Source of the DNA: Terriglobia bacterium | GTDB taxonomy: Bacteria; Acidobacteriota; Terriglobia; 2-12-FULL-54-10 | DNA length: 64,000 nucleotides | Reading direction: 5' to 3' | NCBI GenBank assembly: GCA_963666975.2 | Contig: CAXVYR010000003.1 | Span: 992,001-1,056,000 of the forward strand | In this document: positions 21,358 to 31,189 of the stretch, in pieces | How positions within the stretch are numbered: position 1 is the stretch's first letter | How the letters are laid out: the number at the start of each line of letters is the position of its first letter | Position numbers and translations under genes: made by a program | Notes under the pieces: generated by a model | Seen by the model: the letters and a program-made list of their open reading frames with translations, nothing else | Databases searched by the model: none | Told to the model about the DNA's origin: nothing

Positions 21358-24300
21358 TCAACTCCGCCGGGTTCTTCGGCGTGGGTGGATAGTTTTTCTC
21401 CTTGCTGTCGACGGTCCGGGTTTCTGTAGCGGCATCCCCCAGATCGGGGCCGTTTCTTCCGCCACAGACGGCTCTTCCCCCCAGCGGCGATGCGCTTCCA
21501 GCACCGGTTGCAAGTATTTCCCCGTGTAGGAATGCAGCGAGTTCGCGACCTGCTCCGGCGTGCCGCAGCAAACCAGCTCGCCTCCGCGCTCACCGCCCTC
21601 GGGACCCAAATCGATCACCCAGTCGGCGCTCTTGATCACGTCCATGTTATGTTCGATGATCACAATGCTGCCGCCGTTATCCAGCAACTTGCGAAAAGCA
21701 GTCAGCAGTTTGCTGATATCGTCAAAATGCAGACCGGTGGTCGGTTCGTCAAAGATGTACAGCGCCGGCTCGCTCTCGCCAAAGGCCAGGTGCGCAGCCA
21801 GCTTCACGCGCTGCGCCTCGCCGCCGGAAAGCGTGGTGGCGGACTGTCCCACCCGCAAATAACCGAGGCCCACCTCGTCCAATATGCGCAGGCGGCGGAG
21901 TATACGGTCGCCCCCGCGAAAAAAAGCCAGCGCCTCGCTCACCGTCATCTGGAGCACTTCATGGATGCTCTTGCCCCGGTAACGGATCTCCAGCACTCCG
22001 CTTTTATATCTTGTCCCCCGGCACTCCTCGCACAGCAACTCCACATCCGCCAGGAACTGCATCTCCACCGTGACCGTTCCGTTCCCCTGACAAGCTTCGC
22101 AGCGTCCTCCGGGGATGTTAAAGGAAAAAGTGCCCGGAGAATAGCCTCGCTTTCGAGCGTCCGGCAGCGAGGAGAACAACTCCCGGATGCCGTCGAATGC
22201 TTTGATGTAGGTGACCGGATTGGAGCGGGGCGTGCGCCCGATGGGCGACTGGTCTACCAGCACCACCTTCCGGATGTGCTCGGCTCCCTCGATACGGCGG
22301 CACCCCATTCTGCCGTCCCCGTTTCTTGCACGGTTCGGCGGATACGATTGCTCCAACATGGATTGCGGAACGTCGGGAACGGAGATGCCTCCGGCAGCCT
22401 TGTCCACGCGAGCAGCGGAGACTTGGGCGGCGCGGCTCCGAAGAACCTCATACAAAACGTCGTGAACCAAACTCGACTTGCCGGAACCGGAAACTCCGGT
22501 AACGGCTACCATCATCCCCAAGGGAATGGTTACCTCGATGTTCTTCAGGTTGTGCGCGTAGGCGCCGACAATCTTCAATTGCTTCCGGGTCACAGGCCGC
22601 CGGTGTTCCGGCAGGCGGATGCGCAGATCGCCGTTCAAATAGCGCCCCGTCAACGTGCTGTTCCGGGCTACCAACTGGTCATAGCTCCCAGCGAACAGGA
22701 CTCTACCGCCGTTTTCTCCGGCCCCCGGACCCAGATCCAGAATGTGATCCGAGGCTTGCATCATTGAAGTATCGTGCTCCACAACGAGGATTGTATTGCC
22801 CTGGTCCCGCAGCTCTTTGAGGATGTGAATCAGCCGTCCCGTGTCGCGGTTATGGAGGCCGATTGAAGGCTCATCCAGCACATACAAGGCTCCCACCAGG
22901 CACGAGCCCAGCGAAGCAGCCAATTGGATTCGCTGGGCCTCCCCGCCGGAAAGGGTCGCTGCCAGACGGTCCAGGGTCAAATATTCCAGACCGACGTTTT
23001 GCAGGAACCGCAGGCGACGGCGCACCTCCTCCAGAATCTTTTCAGCGATTGTTTGCTGGTAAGAAGTCAGTTGGAGAGCGTCGAAAAACTTCCTCTCTTG
23101 CTCGATGCTCATCCGGCAAATCGCGCTCAGGTCCTGGCCGGCTACCTTCACCTGGAACGCCTCCTTCCGCAGTCTTCCTCCCTTGCACTCCGGACACAAG
23201 GCGTAGCCGCGGTAACGGCTCAGGAATACACGCACGTGGAGTTTGTATTTCTTGCGTTCGAGGTAGCTGAAGAACCCCTTGACCCCTGGACGACGCCGCA
23301 ACCGCTTGTTACCTTCCTCACTTCCTTCCCAGACAAACTCCTTCTCTTCCTCAGTCAGTTGAAAAAAGGGAACGTCCAGGCGCACGCCCCGCGCGCGGGC
23401 TGCCTTCTTGAAATCCGCATAAAAGTGGCGATAACGGGGTTTGGTCCACGGTGCCACGGCTCCCTGGTCGAGCGTCAGTGTGGGGTCCGGAACTACCAAC
23501 TGGGGGTCGAAGTCGATGGTATTGCCGAATCCCTGGCAGCGGGGACAAGCGCCATAGGGGCTGTTGAAGGAAAACAGCCGGGGTTCCGGCTCCTCATAGG
23601 TGATGAAGCATGTCTTGCACTCGAACCGCTCGTTGAAGGTCAGGTCGCTCCCCGGCAGGTCGGGCATTTCCACCACGGCCTCGCCGCCTTCCCGGTAACA
23701 GATCTCCAGGCTGTCGATCAGCCGTTGCCGGGATTCAGCCTGCAGGACCAGGCGGTCCGCCAGGACCCAGACCGGGCGGCTGAAGTTGATCTCCAGCAGA
23801 GATTCCGGAGTGGAAAACTCGAAGATCGTTCCGTTTTGATATAAACGGTTGAACCCGAGCTTGCGAAGCTCAAACAGCCGCGTCTTCAGTAGCTCAGCAT
23901 CGGATGGTTTGGGTCGCTTGGCGTGCGCTGAGAGTTTAATCTTTTCTTCCTTTGCTGCTTCCTTTCCCTCTTCTTTTTTTGAAAGATGAAGATGAGGACT
24001 AGGACTAGGATGCAAACTCCTCCGGAGGAGCGGGAACAGAAGGATTGCCCGAATCCCTTCCGGATTGCCGGCTCGCCCCGGAAGGGCCAGCAGGCGATCC
24101 GCCACTTCATCGACCGAGTCCTTCTTTACTTCGGCCCCGCATTGGGAGCAAAAGGTCTTTCCGATGCGTGCAAACAGGAGACGCAGGTAGTCGTAGATTT
24201 CCGTGGAGGTCCCGACGGTCGATCTCGGATTCCGGGTGGAGTTTTTCTGCCGGATGGCAACGGCCGGAGCAATCCCGCTGATTTCCTCCACCTCCGGCTT

Positions 24301-24513
24301 TTCCATCCGCTCCAGAAACTGGCGGGCGTAGGCCGAGAGCGACTCCACATAGCGGCGCTGGCCCTCGGCGTAGAGCGTATCGAAAGCCAGGCTGGACTTG
24401 CCGGAACCGCTGACACCCGTGACGACGGTCAGAGTATTGTGAGGAATTTCACAATCTATGTTCTTCAGATTGTGAACCCGCGCGCCTCTGACCTGTATGC
24501 TCTCCATGGACAT
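21358..24513 (-). CDS. uvrA: Excinuclease ABC subunit A
   Basis: Two GVSGSGKSS Walker A motifs, two LSGGEAQR signatures, zinc fingers, EGQRRYVES. Confidence 0.95.
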   Translation of the reverse strand: MSMESIQVRGARVHNLKNIDCEIPHNTLTVVTGVSGSGKSSLAFDTLYAEGQRRYVESLSAYARQFLERMEKPEVEEISGIAPAVAIRQKNSTRNPRSTVGTSTEIYDYLRLLFARIGKTFCSQCGAEVKKDSVDEVADRLLALPGRAGNPEGIRAILLFPLLRRSLHPSPSPHLHLSKKEEGKEAAKEEKIKLSAHAKRPKPSDAELLKTRLFELRKLGFNRLYQNGTIFEFSTPESLLEINFSRPVWVLADRLVLQAESRQRLIDSLEICYREGGEAVVEMPDLPGSDLTFNERFECKTCFITYEEPEPRLFSFNSPYGACPRCQGFGNTIDFDPQLVVPDPTLTLDQGAVAPWTKPRYRHFYADFKKAARARGVRLDVPFFQLTEEEKEFVWEGSEEGNKRLRRRPGVKGFFSYLERKKYKLHVRVFLSRYRGYALCPECKGGRLRKEAFQVKVAGQDLSAICRMSIEQERKFFDALQLTSYQQTIAEKILEEVRRRLRFLQNVGLEYLTLDRLAATLSGGEAQRIQLAASLGSCLVGALYVLDEPSIGLHNRDTGRLIHILKELRDQGNTILVVEHDTSMMQASDHILDLGPGAGENGGRVLFAGSYDQLVARNSTLTGRYLNGDLRIRLPEHRRPVTRKQLKIVGAYAHNLKNIEVTIPLGMMVAVTGVSGSGKSSLVHDVLYEVLRSRAAQVSAARVDKAAGGISVPDVPQSMLEQSYPPNRARNGDGRMGCRRIEGAEHIRKVVLVDQSPIGRTPRSNPVTYIKAFDGIRELFSSLPDARKRGYSPGTFSFNIPGGRCEACQGNGTVTVEMQFLADVELLCEECRGTRYKSGVLEIRYRGKSIHEVLQMTVSEALAFFRGGDRILRRLRILDEVGLGYLRVGQSATTLSGGEAQRVKLAAHLAFGESEPALYIFDEPTTGLHFDDISKLLTAFRKLLDNGGSIVIIEHNMDVIKSADWVIDLGPEGGERGGELVCCGTPEQVANSLHSYTGKYLQPVLEAHRRWGEEPSVAEETAPIWGMPLQKPGPSTARRKTIHPRRRTRRS

Positions 24514-24796
24514 GGTAAAGGTTTCCCGAAAGGGCAATGCCTCTGTGTAAAATTCACCCGCCAGCCAAACACATCAGTATAACTCGACACCGGTAATAGG
24601 GCGGGGGGGAACTTCCTGGCAGGTAATGGGTCATCGATTGGAAGCAGAAGCTACTCGTCGCATTTTCAGCAAATGCGTTTTCAGGCCAGTGCCGCCCGGC
24701 GGCTGAGAAAGTGTAAAGATTTCTATCCTAAAACGGGCCTTATAATGAGAGCTGATCCACACCGCCATCGTGAAGGCGACTGTAATTAGAGCCGCG

Positions 24797-24844
24797 CCTG
24801 TCCCGAGCCATGCCCCGAGCGGAGTCGAGGGGGAAGTCGAGGGA
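24797..24844. repeat. Nested REP-like palindromic unit
   Basis: CCCCGAGCGGAGTCGAGGGG nested within TCCCGAGC...GAAGTCGAGGGA. Confidence 0.4.
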
Positions 24845-24936
24845 ACAGTAATGGAGTGGTTTCGGAGCCACCGCACGCCATGGCGGTTTAGCCGGGTCGG
24901 CCTGAACAAAAGTAAGGTGACTCAGGGTACTGTGAT

Positions 24937-25464
24937 ATGAAGACGAGCGAACTGCATCTTCATCGAGACGAACTCGACGACCGGCTCTTGCCACGTCTTG
25001 TTGGTCGCGTGTTTCACGTCACGTCCGTGATCTCGCTCGATCAAATTCTAGCTTCAGGGGAGATTCGGCCGAATGTCGACGGGCAATTCACAACGACTTT
25101 CGGCTTCTCAAGCAATTCATTCTTTCGAAAACGAGGCTGCATATCAATATTCGATTATCGCTTCGCCTCGCTGAAACAGATTGAGGAGTCGATTTGCAAG
25201 TGCTCTCCGTTTCACGTGCCCCGCTCAGACCATAAGCTTGCCTACATGTTCTTGTCTGCGAACGAACACCATCGTCTCATTCCGTGGACGAAGTGGAAGG
25301 AAGAGCAAGCCTGGGGCGAAATGATCGTTCCGTACGTAGAGGCGGGCTTCCCCGGCTCCATCCCGATGCCATCGATCGAGGAGGTCCTCCGAGTGATAAT
25401 CGAGTACCCGCCAGACCCTCTCATAGAAGCCCTCGAAAAAGGCCGGGCTAACATGGCGAAGTAG
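24937..25464 (+). CDS. Hypothetical protein (putative gene cassette)
   Basis: 175-aa ORF ending inside an attC-like site; N-terminal 'VFHVT....ILASGEIRP' is reminiscent of ART-fold starts. Confidence 0.65.
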   Translation: MKTSELHLHRDELDDRLLPRLVGRVFHVTSVISLDQILASGEIRPNVDGQFTTTFGFSSNSFFRKRGCISIFDYRFASLKQIEESICKCSPFHVPRSDHKLAYMFLSANEHHRLIPWTKWKEEQAWGEMIVPYVEAGFPGSIPMPSIEEVLRVIIEYPPDPLIEALEKGRANMAK

Positions 25465-25555
25465 CCGAGGTGCGTCACGGCAAAGACGTTCCAGGTACCC
25501 TCGGCTCACAAGAAACGCACGACTTGGCGCGGCTGAAGCTCCTGTGTCGGTAGGC
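25446..25555 (+). other. Degenerate attC-like site
   Basis: GGCTAAC...TAGCCG...CGGCTGA...GGTAGGC with internal complementary arms (GTGCGT/ACGCAC). Confidence 0.45.
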
Positions 25556-25593
25556 GCTCGATGAGTTCCGCCGCATTTCTTGGGAGAATTAAC

Positions 25594-26085
25594 ATGTTAA
25601 GAACAGCTATCCTCACTGTGATGCTGTTTGGCAGCGCCTTCTTTGCTTCTGGGGCGCAGGAGAGCGAAGACTTTTCACACGAATTCGCATACCGAGGCGC
25701 AAAGCTAGAGGGCGAGGTATTTCTGTGTACGAGTGACCGCGTCGCGAGCGCCGGTTTTCGACGAGACGCTATTAAAGGAGTCGTGACCGAGGTCGCCGAT
25801 ATTGCCAAGCAGCGAAACACAACCACATGGCGGATTACACTGAAAGGAAGCCAGGCTGAGGTTGTTGCGTTCACTGGTGCCACCCAAACGTTAGAAGTTG
25901 CTGAACAGTTCTCAGTCCATCGGGGTCCACTCGGCCTGTTGCTCACGTGGCAGGACCGCAAACCATCGAGCCAGACAATCACGATTGACTTGTCTAACTC
26001 ATCATTCGTGTATTCAGGCCAGGACCTGAACATTTGGATGAACAAGACGAACATCTTTGTGGGTTCATGTCGGCCATACATGTAA
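25594..26085 (+). CDS. Secreted hypothetical protein (putative cassette)
   Basis: GGGAGA RBS, signal peptide, terminal G.C motif. Confidence 0.65.
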   Translation: MLRTAILTVMLFGSAFFASGAQESEDFSHEFAYRGAKLEGEVFLCTSDRVASAGFRRDAIKGVVTEVADIAKQRNTTTWRITLKGSQAEVVAFTGATQTLEVAEQFSVHRGPLGLLLTWQDRKPSSQTITIDLSNSSFVYSGQDLNIWMNKTNIFVGSCRPYM

Positions 26086-26106
26086 GGGATCAAACCTAGC
26101 GAAACC

Positions 26107-26391
26107 ATGCCATACGAGTATCAGGAATATCCAAAGTTTTTGTACCATCCGAAGCTCGCGCCACAGGGGAAAATCTTCCAAAGCGCGGAGGAAACCGAAG
26201 GTCTTGTGCGCAAGGGCTGGGTTGATGCGCCCGCAAAATTTCCAAAGCCGTCTCGTATTAGGGTCGCTCTCGTTGCGATCAGACCGTGGTGGTCTGAATG
26301 GGAATGGCTAATCAAAGCCGTCGTCGTTATTCTTGGTCTTGTCGCGGCGGCGATTGCGCTTTTTCTGAGTTCTTTCGGGCGTCTGACCTGA
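26107..26391 (+). CDS. Small membrane-anchored hypothetical protein
   Basis: 94 aa with C-terminal TM helix. Confidence 0.6.
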   Translation: MPYEYQEYPKFLYHPKLAPQGKIFQSAEETEGLVRKGWVDAPAKFPKPSRIRVALVAIRPWWSEWEWLIKAVVVILGLVAAAIALFLSSFGRLT

Positions 26392-26617
26392 GTCCGCGCC
26401 GGTCGCGGCTGAGCGCGTGGTCGTTCGGCGTTGCGTGTCCCACACCGCGCTGCTGAAGTCCTGATAGCGCAGTGTTGATCTACAGGCCTGGGTACGGCCC
26501 AACTTTGCAGGAACAGGGGATGAACGCGCATCCTGGCGGCGGCTCGGCACCAATCGTTATGCGCACCCGAAAAGAGTTGGGAGATGCTACAATAAGAGGC
26601 AGTCAGCAAGGAATACA

Positions 26618-26845
26618 ATGGCAAAGCAACTCAAGGTCATTCACAGCGACCCAGACATTCTTGGAGGCAAACCGGTATTTGTCGGAACTCGTGTCCCCGT
26701 TCAGAATCTCATTGATTGTCTGGAGGCTGGCGACAGCTTGGAGGAGTTTCTGGCTTCCTTCCCAACCGTCACACGAGAGCAGGCAGTGGCGGCACTCGAG
26801 ATCGCCCGCGAGGCTCTAGAATTCAGTGCGCATTCTACTCGATGA
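26618..26845 (+). CDS. DUF433 family antitoxin
   Basis: DPDILGGKPVF.GTRVPV signature. Confidence 0.92.
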   Translation: MAKQLKVIHSDPDILGGKPVFVGTRVPVQNLIDCLEAGDSLEEFLASFPTVTREQAVAALEIAREALEFSAHSTR

Positions 26846-27155
26846 ATGTTTGCCCCGCGAACTCGCGGTCGAATTGGAAGGTCACGCAGTAAGCACGGTT
26901 CAGCAAGCGGGCTGGGGCGGTCTCAAGAACGGTGAGCTTTTGGCGAAAGCGTCGGGCCGCTTTGAAGTCCTTCTTACTATTGATCAACACATTGAACGTC
27001 AGCAAAATATCCCTGTTGATGTTGCGGTGATTATAGTTCGGGCTCCTTCAAATCGCATCCAAGACTTAAGGCCGCTCGTGCCTGCATTGCTTCAAGCTGT
27101 TAAAGAAGCTAAGCCCGGGAAGTCCACCGCCGTCGGGCGCAGCACGCGGAGATGA
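26826..27155 (+). CDS. DUF5615 PIN-like toxin (VapC45-like)
   Basis: ILLDECLP, GW.GLKNGELL, LLTID; overlaps DUF433 gene. Confidence 0.88.
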   Translation: MRILLDECLPRELAVELEGHAVSTVQQAGWGGLKNGELLAKASGRFEVLLTIDQHIERQQNIPVDVAVIIVRAPSNRIQDLRPLVPALLQAVKEAKPGKSTAVGRSTRR

Positions 27156-27612
27156 ACCCGATCGTGGTTGCCGTAAAGTGTCCCACACTGCTCCGCTGGA
27201 ATTCTGGTAGCGTAGTGTTGATCGATCTGCCTGTTACTTCTCAACTCTTGGATGAACGCGCATCCCGTCGATATGGCCAGACAGCCATTGTCAAACAACC
27301 GCTTGTCAAGAAAAAAACTTAGCAACCCGCCTGGATAGAGACTTTATTGAGAAAGCCTCATTCACCACATTATCAAATATAGTCAGTCCGCACTCCCGCG
27401 CAGGATTTAATATAACCATATATTTATGAATACATTACAACGATGTCCTGAAAGTGCGTAAGGTACCTTAGCCTCGCACGGCCACCCATGAAAACCAGCG
27501 CTAAAAACCATCCAACGGCAAAATCCGCCAATAGAACATTAAAAACTTCTAATTGCACTAAAATTGTGCTAATGTCTGCAAGTTCCCCCGAACAGTACCT
27601 GGATATAGGAAG

Positions 27613-28035
27613 ATGCCGAAAATCCTTCTCGTCGGAAACGATCCTGCGGAGGTGGAAGTTCGCGCGTTGGTGATGGAGTTTGGAGGGCACCGCTGCAAAA
27701 CCGCGGCCTCCCATAAAGAAGCCATCAAACTTCTGAGGGAGGAGTCCTTTGATCTGGTAGTCACAGACTTCAAGCCGAATGGCAGCAGCCCTGCTCAGAT
27801 TGTAAAAAACTTGCAGGGCGCTTTTCCGGAAGTGCCGCTGATGGTCCTTTCCGAAAGTGGCAACACAGTTGTAAAAGGGGCGGATGAAGTGCTGGCAATT
27901 CCCTGCTCTCCTGAGCATTTGCTTCAGCGCATTGAACGAATGCTAAGCCAGTCCGCCATCCCTGCGCGGAGAAGGCCTGCTCGTGTAGCACCTACTCATA
28001 TAGCAATGGTTGCTCTGGCGGCGAAAGCTCGCTGA
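27613..28035 (+). CDS. Stand-alone (atypical) response regulator receiver protein
   Basis: KILLV, FDLVVTD, GADEVL; conserved Lys and acidic pocket altered. Confidence 0.75.
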   Translation: MPKILLVGNDPAEVEVRALVMEFGGHRCKTAASHKEAIKLLREESFDLVVTDFKPNGSSPAQIVKNLQGAFPEVPLMVLSESGNTVVKGADEVLAIPCSPEHLLQRIERMLSQSAIPARRRPARVAPTHIAMVALAAKAR

Positions 28036-28305
28036 TGAGCTAGCTGATGAGTTGAAAGCCTTCTGCGCATACCCTGTACAGCAAGGGATTGCTACGCCCG
28101 GACTACCAACGCGGAACGTTCGCATTCTTAGCTGACCGCTTGCTTTTCCAGCGGACCTTGAGAGGCAACCATCGCCTCGCCAGATTCCGCCGCGCATTCC
28201 TCTCTTCGCTTTCCATTCGATCCCGCCTGTCCAAAATGCGCCCCGCCCGCTAACCCGGTTCTTGCGTACCGCTCTGCTATAATCAATTTTAGGCCAAACA
28301 AGACC

Positions 28306-30291
28306 ATGGGATTTCAACTGGCAAGCGAATACCGTCCTCGGGGCGACCAGGTAACTGCGATCCAGCAACTGGTGCGCGGGGTGTCGGAGGGCGAACAGCA
28401 CCAGGTGTTGCTGGGGGTCACCGGCTCCGGCAAGACCTACACCATGGCCAAGGTGATCGAGGCGGTGGGCCGCCCGGCGCTCATCCTGGCCCATAACAAA
28501 ACGCTGGCGGCGCAGCTCTATCACGAGTTCAAAACCTTCTTTCCGGGCAATGCCGTCGAGTACTTCGTCAGCTATTACGACTACTACCAACCCGAGGCTT
28601 ACATCGCCTCGACCGACACCTACATCGAGAAGGAAGCCACCATTAACGACGAGCTGGACAAACTGCGGCTTTCCGCCACCCGCTCGCTGTTTGAGCGGCG
28701 CGACTGCATTATCGTTGCCAGCGTCTCCTGCATCTACGGCCTGGGATCGCCGGAAGCCTACTACGGCATGCTGCTGTTTCTGGAAAAGGGCCAAAAGATT
28801 TCCCGGCAGGAGATACTCAAGCGCCTGGTGGAGATTCAATACGAGCGCAACGACCGGGACTTCAAGCGCGGCACCTTCCGCGTGCGGGGCGACGTGGTGG
28901 AGCTTTACCCCACCTATGACGACTTCGCCTACCGCATTGAACTCTGGGGCGATCAGGTGGAGAAGCTCTCCCGCATCGACCCGCTTTTCGGGCAGGTGAA
29001 GCAGGTCTACCCGCGACTGCCCATCTATCCCAAAACGCACTACGTGATGTCGGCTGAGACCCGCGAGGAGGCCATCCGTAAAATCCTGATAGAGCTGGAC
29101 TGGTGGATACCGGAATTGGAAAAGCAGGGCAAGATGCTGGAGGCAAAACGCCTGACCCAGCGAACCCGGTTCGACGTGGAGATGATGCGGCAGATCGGCT
29201 ACTGCCACGGCATTGAGAATTACTCCCGGCATTTTTCTGGACGCCAGCCGGGCGAAGCGCCTCCCACCCTGCTCGATTACCTCGCCCGCGACGCCATGCT
29301 CTTTATCGACGAGAGCCATCAAACGGTGCCGCAGTTGCGCGGCATGTATCGCGGCGACCGCTCGCGGAAACAGAACCTGCTGGAGTACGGCTTCCGCCTG
29401 CCGAGCGCGCTCGACAACCGCCCCCTGAACTTTGAGGAGTTTGAGCAGCGGGTGGACCAAGTGGTCTACGTCTCGGCCACTCCGGGGCCTTATGAACTGA
29501 CCAAATCCGCCGGGGTGGTGGTGGAGCAGGTCATCCGCCCCACCGGGCTGGTGGACCCGGAGGTGGAGGTGCGCCCCATTCGCGGGCAGATCGACGACCT
29601 GCTTAGCGAAATCCGCGACCGGACGGCGCACGGGGAACGGGTGCTGGTGACTACCCTGACCAAGCGCATGTCAGAAGACCTGGCGGAGTACTACACCGAG
29701 GTAGGCGTGCGCTGCCGCTATCTGCACTCGGAGATCGAAACCCTGGACCGCGTGAAGCTGTTGCGCGACCTGCGCCGGGGCGAGTTCGACGTGATGATCG
29801 GCATCAACCTGCTGCGCGAGGGCCTGGACCTGCCGGAGGTCTCGTTGGTAGCCATCCTGGACGCCGACAAGGAAGGCTTCCTGCGCTCTGCCGGGGCGCT
29901 GATTCAGACCGTGGGCCGCGCGGCGCGGAACATTCGCGGCAAGGCCATCCTCTATGCCGACAATATGACCAAATCCATGCAGCAGGCGATTTCCGAGACC
30001 GACCGCCGCCGCGAGTTGCAGATGCACTACAACAAGGAGAACCACATCACGCCGGAGTCAATCATCAAGCCGGTGGACATGAGTTTGGTGGCCGTCGCCG
30101 AGGCGGACTACTGGACGCCGCCTTTACAAGACACCGACCTGGACCAGTTCTCCACCGCCGCCGAGCGGGACGAGTTTATCGCGAGGCTGGAAGCGGAGAT
30201 GCGCGAGGCAGCCAAGAACTTCGAGTTCGAGCGCGCCGCTCAGTTGAGAGACCGAATTCGCGCCTTGAAGCAGAGCGAGGTGACGGCCTGA
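28306..30291 (+). CDS. uvrB: Excinuclease ABC subunit B
   Basis: [28 protein letters not shown]-terminal UVR domain. Confidence 0.98.
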   Translation: MGFQLASEYRPRGDQVTAIQQLVRGVSEGEQHQVLLGVTGSGKTYTMAKVIEAVGRPALILAHNKTLAAQLYHEFKTFFPGNAVEYFVSYYDYYQPEAYIASTDTYIEKEATINDELDKLRLSATRSLFERRDCIIVASVSCIYGLGSPEAYYGMLLFLEKGQKISRQEILKRLVEIQYERNDRDFKRGTFRVRGDVVELYPTYDDFAYRIELWGDQVEKLSRIDPLFGQVKQVYPRLPIYPKTHYVMSAETREEAIRKILIELDWWIPELEKQGKMLEAKRLTQRTRFDVEMMRQIGYCHGIENYSRHFSGRQPGEAPPTLLDYLARDAMLFIDESHQTVPQLRGMYRGDRSRKQNLLEYGFRLPSALDNRPLNFEEFEQRVDQVVYVSATPGPYELTKSAGVVVEQVIRPTGLVDPEVEVRPIRGQIDDLLSEIRDRTAHGERVLVTTLTKRMSEDLAEYYTEVGVRCRYLHSEIETLDRVKLLRDLRRGEFDVMIGINLLREGLDLPEVSLVAILDADKEGFLRSAGALIQTVGRAARNIRGKAILYADNMTKSMQQAISETDRRRELQMHYNKENHITPESIIKPVDMSLVAVAEADYWTPPLQDTDLDQFSTAAERDEFIARLEAEMREAAKNFEFERAAQLRDRIRALKQSEVTA

Positions 30292-30361
30292 TTGGCAATC
30301 CATCAGAGCCGCGACCACGAGGGAGCGGCTGTCTAGGTTAAGAACGAGCAAGGAGAAACAA

Positions 30362-31153
30362 ATGGCTGCCCCCCGCTCCAATGTGGAGATTGGTTTCGCA
30401 GAGTTTCGGTCTTTTGTATACTCAAAGTATTCCGTTCCAATCCAAGAAGCTGTGAAGTTAACTGAAATTGCGAGCGTGATGTTCAAGAAACCTGTAAGTG
30501 AACCACTTCATCAGGTGATAGGCCGTATTGCATCCATCGTCACGAACTCGCTCGGCGCTGTTGTTCTCTTGGTCCTTAACGGATACGGTCACGATGCAAT
30601 GAGAATTGTCCGGAGCATGCTTGAAGGAGCCGTCACTGTAGCTTTCCTTAAACGGCAGCCTGAGCAATTTCAAGATTACTGGGCTTTTCGTCACATCAGG
30701 CTCAAGAGATCCTATAACGTCATGCTCAAGCACTTTCCAGCCGAGGCACAAAAAAATTCGCTAGAAAAGGTAGCTCAAATGGAGCAGGACTACCTGTCAG
30801 TTGTGGACCAATTCAAGGACAAGCGAGGAAGAGTTCGTCATAGGTGGAGTAGTGTGGGCTTAGCCGAAATGGCAAAAGAAGTCGGGATGGAGTGGGAGTA
30901 TCGAACAGTTTACTCTTGGACTTCATCTATGTTGCACGTGGATGTTGGTGCCTTGTCCCTCCAAGCTGATCCTGTAACCAAGGAAGGCGACGCAGCACCG
31001 TCTCAAGAGTGGCTCGGTGAGAGCCTTATAACGACTCACCGTTCGGTGCTCCAGGTGTTAGATAATTACAATGAAATCGCACGGTTGGGATTCGACACCG
31101 AAATCCAAACTGCTACCGATGGCTTCATGACGGCTTGGAAGAAGAACTCCTAA
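30362..31153 (+). CDS. Hypothetical protein, DUF5677/HEPN-like
   Basis: 'A..I.RSMLE' and 'Y...S..LH' pattern; lower GC than flanks. Confidence 0.6.
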   Translation: MAAPRSNVEIGFAEFRSFVYSKYSVPIQEAVKLTEIASVMFKKPVSEPLHQVIGRIASIVTNSLGAVVLLVLNGYGHDAMRIVRSMLEGAVTVAFLKRQPEQFQDYWAFRHIRLKRSYNVMLKHFPAEAQKNSLEKVAQMEQDYLSVVDQFKDKRGRVRHRWSSVGLAEMAKEVGMEWEYRTVYSWTSSMLHVDVGALSLQADPVTKEGDAAPSQEWLGESLITTHRSVLQVLDNYNEIARLGFDTEIQTATDGFMTAWKKNS

Positions 31154-31189
31154 TTCCCGATGGTTCAGACACCCACTGATCTCACCCCC

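Noticed and set aside
27943-29631. 562-aa minus-strand ORF, and similar long ORFs at 4409-5575, 7869-8801, 21490-22767 and 61390-62463
   Set aside because: Antisense shadows of well-supported high-GC genes (uvrB, ETF:QO, fabF, uvrA, helicase)
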